NCBI GenBank assembly: GCA_015140255.1
Contig: CP043993.1
Coordinates: 143,579-207,578, forward strand
Direction: 5' to 3'
From: Candidatus Stammera capleta
Lineage (GTDB): Bacteria > Pseudomonadota > Gammaproteobacteria > Enterobacterales > Enterobacteriaceae
Length of the DNA stretch: 64,000 nt
Made by a program: the position numbers and the translations under genes
Part shown: positions 13,664 to 22,544 of the stretch, piece after piece
Layout of the letters: each line of letters starts with the position of its first letter
Numbering within the stretch: position 1 is the stretch's first letter
The notes under the pieces: model-generated
The model's input: the letters and a program-made list of their open reading frames with translations, nothing else
Database searches by the model: none
Told to the model about the DNA's origin: nothing

Positions 13664-14236
13664 ATGAATTTAAAAGATATTTTTTTTATAGGTAATAATA
13701 TTATTTATTTAAATGAACCCTATAAAATAGAATTTATTGATTTTATTAAGCCAGGTAAAGGTCATGAATTTATACGTACTAAAATAAGAAATTGAATTAC
13801 AAATAAATTAATTACTAAAACATTTAAATTTTTTAGTAATATAAAAAAAGCTAATATTTATATTGATAAATATTTATATATATATAATTTAAAAAATTAT
13901 TGGTATTTTTTAAATAAATGTAATTATCATCAAATTTCTTTATCTAAAAAAATAGTTAATAAGTATATTTCTTTAATATTTATAAATAATTTTTATAAAA
14001 TTGTATTTTGAAATAATAATCCTATAAATATAATATTACCTAAATATGTAATATTAAAGGTAATTAAAATTTATTTTGATAAAAAAGATTATTCTTTTTC
14101 TAATATTAAATATGTAAAATTAGTTACTGGTTTAAAAATAAAAGTTCCTAATTTTATTAATATAGGAGATATTATTAAAATAGATACAAAATATTTTTCT
14201 TATAAATCTCGTGTTAATAATTTTAATTATATATAA
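13664..14236 (+). CDS. efp: elongation factor P
   Basis: ATG 13664 to TAA 14234-14236, 190 aa. The loop FIKPGKGHEFIRTKIRNW(TGA) matches the E. coli-type VKPGKGQAFARVKLR. C-terminal GDIIKIDT..Y.SR. Confidence 0.88.
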
Positions 14237-14368
14237 AATAATTTATTATTTTTATTTTTATTAATATATATTTTTTTTTTATATTATATTTTTTATAATA
14301 ATAAATATATTTTAAATAAATATTTAATTTATTAAGTTAAATTTGTTATATAAATTTTCGGAGTTTTT

Positions 14369-15094
14369 ATGTTAGAAAATAAGAAAATTTTAATTGTAGA
14401 TGATGATATAGAATTAATATCTATTTTAAAAAATTATTTAAGTAAGTATAATTTTAATGTAAAAAATGTTATAAATTCTATTCAGATGCAAAGATTATTA
14501 GTTAGAGAAATATTTCATTTAATTATATTAGATTTAGTTTTACCTGGTGAGGATGGTTTATCAGTATGTAAAAGATTACGTAGTGAAGATAATTTTATTC
14601 CTATAATTATAGTAACTGCTAAAAATGATGATATAGATCGTGTTATAGGTTTAGAAGTTGGTGCTGATGATTATATTTCTAAACCTTTTAATCCTAGAGA
14701 ATTATTAGCTCGTATAAGATCTCTATTAAGACGTCAATATTATGAAACATCAAGTATATCATTATTTAAAGAAGATATTATAGTAAAATTTGGTAATTGT
14801 GAATTAAATTTAATTACTAGAGAAATGTTTAAAAATAATAAAAAAATTTTTTTAACTAGTAGTGAATTTTCCATATTAAAAGTTTTAATAAATAATGCTA
14901 AAAAACCTTTATCTAGAGAAAAATTAATGTTTTTAGCTAGAGGTAAAGAATATAATGCTATAGAAAGATCCATAGATGTACAAATATCAAGATTACGTCG
15001 TTTAATTGAAAATAATTCTTTTAAACCTAGATATATACAAACTGTTTGAGGTTTAGGTTATGTTTTTGTACCAGATAGTAATAATATACAATAA
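14369..15094 (+). CDS. ompR: OmpR-family response regulator, OmpR orthologue
   Basis: 241 aa. KILIVDDD, FHLIILDLVLPGEDGLSVCKRLRS, PIIIVTAK..DRVIGLEVGADDYISKPFNPRELLARIRSLLRRQ, and SIDVQISRLRRLIENN...PRYIQTVW(TGA 15047-15049)GLGYVFVPD are almost block-for-block E. coli OmpR. The phospho-acceptor Asp, the acidic pair and the KPF Lys are all present. Confidence 0.93.
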
Positions 15095-15126
15095 ATTTAT
15101 TTAAATAAATTATTTTGTTTAGTTTA

Positions 15127-15165
15127 TAAGATATTTTTTTAAAAAAAAATTAAAAAAATATCTTA
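15127..15165. terminator. Perfect 14-bp inverted repeat (16 bp with two extra A:T pairs) between convergent ompR and tRNA-Trp; candidate bidirectional terminator hairpin
   Basis: Left arm taagatattttttt at 15127-15140. Right arm aaaaaaatatctta at 15152-15165 is its exact reverse complement. A-rich loop. Almost pure A/T, so the stem is weak. Confidence 0.3.
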
Positions 15166-15170
15166 CTTTA

Positions 15171-15243
15171 CAGGGGTAGAAGGATTTGAACCTTAACCTA
15201 TGATTTTGGAGACCATTATTCTACCGGATTAAACTATACCCCT
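15171..15243 (-). tRNA. tRNA-Trp (anticodon CCA)
   Basis: Minus strand AGGGGTATAGTTTAATCCGGTAGAATAATGGTCTCCAAAATCATAGGTTAAGGTTCAAATCCTTCTACCCCTG. Homologous to E. coli trpT (AGGGGCG..., discriminator G). Anticodon loop CTCCAAA. D-stem is GTTT/GAAT, giving a U11:A24 pair. No encoded CCA. Confidence 0.9.
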
Positions 15244-15245
15244 AA

Positions 15246-15318
15246 TAGGTCTAAGCGGATTTGAACCACTGACCTCACCCTTATCAGGGGTGTGCTCTCG
15301 CCGCTGAGCTATAGACCT
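15246..15318 (-). tRNA. tRNA-Ile (anticodon GAU)
   Basis: Minus strand AGGTCTATAGCTCAGCGGCGAGAGCACACCCCTGATAAGGGTGAGGTCAGTGGTTCAAATCCGCTTAGACCTA. Close to E. coli ileT. Anticodon loop CTGATAA. Lies 2 nt from tRNA-Trp. Confidence 0.93.
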
Positions 15319-15448
15319 ATATAATTATCTTTAAGAGAAAGTATAACAAATTTAAATTTTAAAGTCACTATTAATATTTACATTATTTATTTAATTTATA
15401 AATTATTTATTATAATATAGTATATTATTAATTAAAATTAATAAATTT

Positions 15449-15796
15449 ATGAAAGATGAAAATATATTTAAAAAAATTGTTTCTGGTAAAATAAAAACAA
15501 AAATTATTTATAAAGATAAAGATGTAACTGCTTTTTATGATATTAAACCTAAATCATTAGTACATATAATTATTATACCTAATATTTATATAAAAAATAT
15601 GAATGAAATAAAAAAAGAACATATTATTATTTTAGGTAAAATGTTATATATATCTTCTAAAATAGCAAAAAAAAAAGGTATTAGTAAAAATGGATATAGA
15701 ATAGTAATAAATTGTAATAAACATGCTGGGCAAGAAATATTTTATTTACATATACATTTATTAGGAGGTAATTATTTAGGTGATATAGTAAATTAA
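15449..15796 (+). CDS. hinT: HIT-family purine nucleoside phosphoramidase HinT
   Basis: 115 aa. IFKKIVSGKI, VTAFYDIKP..LVHIIIIPN, GYRIVINCNKHAGQEIFYLHIHLLGG (histidine triad). Confidence 0.9.
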   Translation: MKDENIFKKIVSGKIKTKIIYKDKDVTAFYDIKPKSLVHIIIIPNIYIKNMNEIKKEHIIILGKMLYISSKIAKKKGISKNGYRIVINCNKHAGQEIFYLHIHLLGGNYLGDIVN

Positions 15797-15827
15797 TAAT
15801 TAATAGTATTAAACAATCAATAAATAT

Positions 15828-17522
15828 ATGAAAACAAGAAAATATTCTTTATTTACTTCTAAAAATATCTCTTTAGATAAAAATAGTAATTATATATATA
15901 ATTTAATGATAAAAGGAGGTATTATACGTAAATTATCATCTGGTATATATATATGGTTACCAAATGGTATTAAAGTTATTAATAATATTATTAATTTGAT
16001 TAGAAATTATTTTGATAAAATTAATGCTATAGAAGTAAATATGCCTATTATACAACCTTCTTATATATGAAATAAAAGTGGTAGATTATTAGAATATGGT
16101 CAAGAATTATTTAAATTTTATGATAGAAATAATAAATTATTTATTATATCACCTACACATGAAGAAATTATTACTAAATTAATAAGTGATGAAAATTTTA
16201 ATTTAAATTTTTATCCTAAAATTTTTTATCAAATACAAAAAAAATTCAGGGATGAAATTAGACCTAAATTAGGTCTTATAAGATTACGTGAATTTTTTAT
16301 GAAAGATGCCTATTCTTTTCATAATTCTTTAGAATGTTTAGATAAAACTTATTTTAAAATATTTAATGTATATAAAAATATTTTAAGTAATTTAGGTTTG
16401 AATTTTTTTTATAAAAAAGCGAATTGTGGAAATATAAAAGGTTTTTTATCTCATGAATTTCATATATATTCTGATATTGGAGAAAATAAAAATTTTATTA
16501 GTAAAAAAAAAATATGTAATTATTCATATTTTTTTAAAAAAAGAAAAATTAATTATTTCTCTATTAGAAATAATAAAAGAATTAAATTATTTAATATAAA
16601 TAATTTTAAAGAATTTGATAAAAAATATAATTTTTTAAAATATAAAAAAATAGTTAAAACTTACTTAGTAGAATTAGTAAATAAAAAAAAATCTTTTTTT
16701 TTATTGGTATTAATACCTTTAAATAAAAAAATAGAAATTTTTAAATTATATAAAATTTATTCTTATGTAAATAAAATAATTATATGAAATAAAAATCATA
16801 TTTTTTCAAAATTTAAATTTAGGTCTATGTTTTTAGGACCATTTTTAAATTATAAAATTATTTCTGATTTTTCTTTAATAAATACTAAAAATTTTATTAC
16901 TGGTGCTAATAAAGAAAATTTTTTTTATATTAATGTTAATTGATTTATTAATATAAATGTAAGTGGTTTTTATGATATATGTAGAAATACAAATTTTTTT
17001 TTATTTAAAAATAATAAAAAAAATAAAAAAGAAACAAAATCTACTGAAATAGCACATATTTTTAAATTAGGTAATTATTATTCATCTATTTTTCATAATA
17101 ATTATTTTTTTAATAAAAAAATTTTTATGGGTTGTTATGGGATAGGAATAACTAGACTAATATCATGTTTAGTAGAAAATTATCATGATAATAATGGTAT
17201 TATATGACCTTTATTAATTTCTAATTTTAAATTAGGTATATTACCTATTAATATAGGTAAATCTAAATTAGTCCATAATATTTCTATGGAAATATATAAT
17301 TTTTTAATTAAAAAAAATATAGATGTTTTATTAGATGATAGAGAATTATATATAGGGGAAATGTTTAATGATTTAAATTTAATTGGTATTCCTAATTTAC
17401 TAATTTTAAGTGAAAAAAATTTATTACTTGGTTTGGTAGAATTTCAAGATAGATTAAATAAAATTCAGAGATTTATTTATATAAATGATATATTTAATTA
17501 TTTATTAAATAAATATAATTAA
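15828..17522 (+). CDS. proS: prolyl-tRNA synthetase
   Basis: Pieces 15828-16070, 16299-16787 and 17286-17522 plus their connectors share one frame, joined by TGA. IRKLSSGIYIWLPNG, W-NKSGRLLEYGQELFKF, SPTHEEIIT, FYQIQKKFRDEIRPKLGLIRLREFFMKDAYSFH, MGCYGIGITRLI. 564 aa. The central (editing) region is low complexity. Confidence 0.92.
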
Positions 17523-17527
17523 ATTAT

Positions 17528-18829
17528 TTATTTAATTCATTCTATTATTCAATTTTTTTTTTTAGGTTCTCCTTCTTCAGTAATAAAAATATTTGGACAT
17601 AAAATAGGTTTATCATTGTAAAAAATTATAGGCATATGTTTTCTTAATCATGGAAAAACTTTTTTTTCTTGTCATATTTTTTTAATTTTTTTAAATTTTT
17701 GATTTTTTATTTTTATTTTATTTTTTATTTTAAATTTTATATAAATAGATTCATTTTTATTAATTTTTCTAATTAAATTTTTATTTTTTTCTTGAGATTT
17801 TATTATTTTTAAATAACCATTTTTATTTGGTAAATGAAATTTTTTTTTAATATTTTTTCATAAAAATGATGTTTTACTGGTATTTTGATATTTTTTAGTT
17901 AAATATAAATTATTTTTGTATTTATTAATTATAAATTCTTTAAAAATAAACTGTAAATAATTATTTTCTTTATATTTTATTATTTTTTTTCACATATTTT
18001 TCATTAATTTATATGAAATCATTTTTTTTTTATTTTTTTTTATTCATATTCTGGTAATAATGAATTTTTCATCATTATTTAATGAAATTATATTTTTTAA
18101 TTTTAAAGAATTTTTGTGTTTATTTTTTTCTTTTATTTTTTTTTTAAATATTTTATTTAATAGTTTTTCTTGTTTAAAACATATTTTAGCACTTCTATAT
18201 ACTGATGATATGAAATATGGTCATTTTTTAGTTAATTTTTTAATTATTGATAATCTTAAAAAATTTCTTTCTAATTTAATATTATTATTACTACTATCTT
18301 CTATTCATTTTAATTTTTTTTTTTTTGCATATTTTTTAATTTTTTTTTTACTAATTTTTAATAAAGGTCTATAAATAAAATTATTTTTATTAATTTTAAT
18401 TTTTTTTTTTATTCCTGATAAACCTTTAGGTCCACTACCTCTTTTTAAAGCTAAAAAAAAAGTTTCACATTGATCATTTTTATGGTGTGCTGTTAATATT
18501 ATTTCATTATTTAATATATTTTTTTTATATATTGAATATCTTATTTTTCTTAAATTACATTCTATATTTTTTTTTATTTTTATATATATTTTTTTTGTGA
18601 TTAATTTAATATTCAATTTTTTACATATTTTTTTACAATGTTTTGATCATTTATCAGATAATGGATTAATATTATGATTTATATGTATTGCTCTTATATA
18701 TATTTTTTTTTTTAATGATTGTGTATATAATTCATGTAATAATACAGTAGAATCTATTCCTCCACTAAATCCAACTAAAAAATATTTATATTTTTTAATT
18801 AACAAAGTAATTTTTTTTTTTATAGACAT
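17528..18829 (-). CDS. tilS: tRNA(Ile)-lysidine synthase
   Basis: ATG 18827-18829 to TAA (tta) at 17528-17530. Frame checked across the whole gene: only TGA interruptions. PP-loop FLVGFSGGIDSTVLLH; LTAHHKNDQCETFFLALKRGSG. 433 aa. Confidence 0.9.
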
Positions 18830-18833
18830 AATA

Positions 18834-19280
18834 TTATTTTATACCTGTATGTCCAAAACCTAATTTATTTCTTTTTGTTTTATTTTTAAATTTATTGACT
18901 ATAGAAAATTTTACTTTTCATATTGGTATAAATATTATTTGAGCTATTCTATCTTTATTTTTAATTTTGAAAGGTTTTTTACTTCTATTTAATAATGGAA
19001 TTATAATTTCTCCTTGATAATCTGAATCTATAATACCTATACTATTACTTAATATAATACCATTTTTATGTCCTAATCCTGATCTTGGAACAATTAATCC
19101 AGTAATATTTTTTTTTTTAATATATATTTTAATTCCGGTTTTTATTAATTTTGTTTCTAAAGGTTTTAAAATTATATTTTTTTTTAAATATGCTTTAATA
19201 TCTAGTCCTGATGCTCCATTGGTCATATATTTTGGTATTCATGAATTTTTATGAATTTTAAATATTTTAATTTTTTTCAT
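18834..19280 (-). CDS. dut: dUTP diphosphatase
   Basis: ATG 19278-19280 to TAA at 18834-18836. GASGLDIKA, PRSGLGHKNGIILSNSIGIIDSDYQGE, RIAQIIFIPI-W(TGA 18918), C-terminal LGFGHTG. 148 aa. Confidence 0.92.
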
Positions 19281-19337
19281 TGTTTTTAATATTAAATTAT
19301 ATTAATATATATAATATTATATTTTATAAATATAAAT

Positions 19338-19409
19338 GGGTCGTTAGCTCAGAGGTAGAGCAGTTGACTTTTAATCAATTGGTCACAGGTTCGAATCCTG
19401 TACGACCCA
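19338..19409 (+). tRNA. tRNA-Lys (anticodon UUU)
   Basis: GGGTCGTTAGCTCAGAGGTAGAGCAGTTGACTTTTAATCAATTGGTCACAGGTTCGAATCCTGTACGACCCA. Near-identical to E. coli lysT-type tRNA. Confidence 0.93.
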
Positions 19410-19420
19410 AAATAATTTTA

Positions 19421-19726
19421 TTATTTATACATAAGATCTATATGTAATATTTTATTTTTAAATGGATGTTTTTGTATTTCTTTTATATTTGATTTAATTA
19501 TTTTATCTTTAAATTTTAATTTCAAAGTTATATCTTGTATTTTTTTATATTTTAATTGATTTTTTTTTATTGTATTATATATAATATTATGTTTTATATA
19601 AAACATAATGTTTTTTTTTTTTTTTCCATATATTATTCCTGGTACTAAATTTTTATTTCTTATTTTTCTACTGTATTTAGAACCTTTTTTAATTTTATAT
19701 TTTACTGATAATAAGATACTTTTCAT
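19421..19726 (-). CDS. rplY: 50S ribosomal protein L25
   Basis: 101 aa. ..SRKIRNKNLVPGIIYG.. and ..IQKHPFKNKILHIDL.. parallel E. coli L25 (ASRRLRAANKFPAIIYG; VQRHPYKPKLQHIDF). Confidence 0.85.
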   Translation of the reverse strand: MKSILLSVKYKIKKGSKYSRKIRNKNLVPGIIYGKKKKNIMFYIKHNIIYNTIKKNQLKYKKIQDITLKLKFKDKIIKSNIKEIQKHPFKNKILHIDLMYK

Positions 19727-19782
19727 ATTAATTTTTTAAAATTATTATATTTATAATATATAATATAATATAAAATATATAT

Positions 19783-20640
19783 ATGACAAATAAATTGAAA
19801 ATAAAAGAAAAGAAAATTGGTATATATATTAATAATTACGAATTAAAAAAAATTTTTTTTTTAATAAAAAATTTAGGTATAAAGGTATTTTCTTTTTTTA
19901 TTTATCCACCTTGAATAAATAAAAAAAATATTTTTTTATTTTATAAAATTAATAAAATTTTTTTTTTTTTGAAGAAAAATAATATTTTAAATAGTTTTTT
20001 TATAGCACATAGTAGTTTTTTGATTAATTTAGGTCATTATATAAAAGAAAAATTATATTTTTATAGATATATTATGATTAAAGAAATACATTTTTGTAAT
20101 TTACTTAAAGTAAAATATATTGTTTTTCATATTGGTTATCATTTAAATATGATATCTAAATATAAATGTATTCAGTTAATTATTAAATCTATAAATTATA
20201 TAATAAACAAGACTAAAAATATTATTTTATTAATAGAAAATACTGTTAATAAAGGTACTTCTATAGGTTATTCTTTAGAACAAATTTCATATATTATTTC
20301 TAATATTGAAAATAAATCACGTATTGGAGTATGTATAGATATATGTCATGCATTTTCTTCAGGTTATGATTTAAGAAATTTTTCTTTATGTGAATATTTT
20401 TTTTTAAATTTTCATAATATTATAGGATTAAATTATTTAAAAGCTATTCATTTAAATGGAAGTAAATATAATTTTAATAGTAAAAGAGATAGACATGATT
20501 CTATAATGAATAATTTTATTGGTAATAATATTTTTTATTGAATTATGAAAAATAATTTTTTAAATAATATTCCATTAATTTTAGAATCCAAAGATAATTC
20601 TTTATGAATTAAAGAAATAATGTGATTGTATTCAATATAA
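19783..20640 (+). CDS. nfo: endonuclease IV
   Basis: ATG 19783, in frame (TGA at 19912) with track ORF 19969-20541 and a tail to TAA 20638-20640. HSSFLINLGH, FHIGYH, LIENT, VCIDICHAFSSGYDLR, IHLNGSK...RDRHDS, W-IMKNN..IPLILES. Confidence 0.9.
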
Positions 20641-20645
20641 TATTA

Positions 20646-21023
20646 TTATTCAATAATTACTATTGATATAACGTATTTTTTTTCATCTGTTATACTTATA
20701 TGAATTTTTGTAGCATGTTTTTTAATTAAAATTTTTGCTGCTTTATTTAAAAAATATATTTGTGGTTTACCATTTTTATTGTGTATAATTTCAAAGTCAT
20801 TAAAATGTATACCTTTTTGTATACCTGTACCTAAAGCTTTACATGATGCTTCTTTAGAAGCAAAGCTTCTAGCTAAAAATAATATTTTATTTTTTTCTTT
20901 TTTATATTTTTTAAGTTCTAATTTAGTTAAAATTTTTTTTGATAATTTTTTAATTAAATTAGGTGACATTTTTTTAATTCTATTTATATTTAATATATCT
21001 ATACCTAATCCTAATATTTTCAT
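20646..21023 (-). CDS. acpS: holo-[acyl-carrier-protein] synthase
   Basis: 125 aa. MKILGLGIDILNINRI, FLARSFASKEASCKALGTGI, ISITDEKKYVISIVIIE resemble E. coli AcpS. Confidence 0.9.
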   Translation of the reverse strand: MKILGLGIDILNINRIKKMSPNLIKKLSKKILTKLELKKYKKEKNKILFLARSFASKEASCKALGTGIQKGIHFNDFEIIHNKNGKPQIYFLNKAAKILIKKHATKIHISITDEKKYVISIVIIE

Positions 21024-21024
21024 A

Positions 21025-21345
21025 TTAATTTCTTAATTTTGGTTTTTTAAATTGTTTTTTAATTGAATTAGATAATTCATCTAATGATGATTGTTCAAGA
21101 TTTTCAATTTTATTTTCTCAAGATAATTGAGCTTCAGCTAAATAAGTATGAATAGGGTAACCATTATCATCTTCCATAATTACATGATATCATGGAGATT
21201 TTTTAAATGTTTTATTTATTAATTTTTCATCTAAATTTGATTCTATATAATTATATTTATAATCTATATCTATTATTACCCCTAAAAAACCAAATAGTTT
21301 ATGTCTTACTTTTTGTCCAATATTAAATTTACTAGATATAATCAT
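21025..21345 (-). CDS. hspQ: heat-shock protein HspQ (YccV, hemimethylated-DNA-binding family)
   Basis: Not in the ORF track because of two in-frame TGA. MIISSKFNIGQKVRHKLFGFLGVIIDID...SPW(TGA)[24 protein letters not shown]...LDELSNSIKKQFKKPKLRN is nearly colinear with E. coli HspQ. Confidence 0.88.
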
Positions 21346-21390
21346 TTTTTTCCTTTTTTAAAATAATTTATTTTATTAATTATATTGTTT

Positions 21391-22371
21391 TTTATATTAA
21401 TTTAAAACTATTTATAATCATTTTTTAATTTTAAAATATATATATGATATAAAACTTAATGTAAACATTCCTATAATTGTTATAGGATATCCATATTTTC
21501 AGTTTAATTCTGGAATATATTTAAAATTCATTCCATATGATGATGATAATAATGTAGGTGGTAAAAATAATACTGATATTAATGAAAAAATTTTTATTAT
21601 ACGATTTTGTTCTATATTCAAAAATTCTATAGAAGATTGTATTAAAAAATTTATTTTTTGAAATATAGATTCATTATGTGGAAGTAAAGATTCTATATCT
21701 CTAATTATTTCTTTAGCTTGTTCTATTTGTAATTTTTTTAATACTGTTTTTCTTATTAAAAAATTTAATGCTCTTTTAGTATCAGATAAACATATTCTTA
21801 TTTTAGATGTAGTATCTTCTTTAATGGATAATTCTGATATAGAACTGTTAAATTTTTGATTATTTTGATCTCTTAATATAATTTGAGTTAAATTTTCTAA
21901 ATCTTTATATATATTTTCTATTTCATTAGCTAGTTGTTCAATTTTAATTTCAAATAAATTTAATAATAATTCGTATGGATTACAATGTATTAATATTTTT
22001 TTTTTAGTTTTTATTCTATAAAAACGAAATGCTGGTAATTCTTTTTCTCTTAAAGAATAAAGTTTATTATTTTTAATTGTAAAAGCTACTGCAGAATTAC
22101 TTATTCTATTATTTGAATCTTTATAAAAAAAAAATGAATGTACATGTAAACCATCTCTGTCAATATAAAATCTAGCTGATGATTCTATATTAAATAATTT
22201 TGGTCTTTGTATAATTCTTTGTCCTAATATATTGAGTACATACATTCTTTCTTCTATTGTTGGATCTATTAAATCTGCTCAAATATAATTAGTTATTTTA
22301 ATTGGTTTTTTTTTTTTATATATTTTTAATTTTCTTAAACTTTTTTTTTTTAATTTAAATATATTTAACAT
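21391..22371 (-). CDS. corA: magnesium/cobalt transporter CorA
   Basis: ATG 22369-22371. ..IW(TGA)ADLIDPTIEER.., [101 protein letters not shown]. The last few codons depend on a 7-T run at 21420-21426. Confidence 0.9.
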
Positions 22372-22533
22372 AAAAGTATTTAAATTGTATATATTTATAT
22401 TTATTATATTATTAGATTCATAAAATTTATATATTTTATAAAACGATTTGTTTTTAAAATTTATTTAGAAATTTATTTAATATATTTATGTTTTTAAAAA
22501 AATGTAGTAATATAATAATTATTATTAGTTGGT

Positions 22534-22538
22534 GAGGA
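22534..22538 (+). promoter_or_regulatory. Shine-Dalgarno (GAGGA within GGTGAGGA) for trxA
   Basis: gagga lies 6 nt upstream of the ATG at 22545. Confidence 0.55.
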
Positions 22539-22544
22539 ATTTAT

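Noticed and set aside
15319-15448. Sigma-70-like -35/-10 hexamers (for example tttaca ... tataaa) in the divergent gap between tRNA-Ile and hinT, and similar matches in other gaps.
   Set aside because: TATAAT-like and TTGACA-like strings occur everywhere in DNA this A/T-rich, and the spacing of the best match (about 14 nt) is poor. No promoter call can be supported without transcript 5'-end data.
22488-22544. Under code 4 an ATG at 22488 is in frame with trxA. It would add a hydrophobic 19-aa extension (MFLKKCSNIIIIISWWGIY), suggestive of a membrane-anchored or exported thioredoxin.
   Set aside because: The extension's last codons are themselves the strong GGTGAGGA Shine-Dalgarno, placed 6-7 nt before the canonical ATG at 22545. 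The canonical start also gives a normal-length TrxA. I kept 22545. Only N-terminal proteomics could revive the idea.
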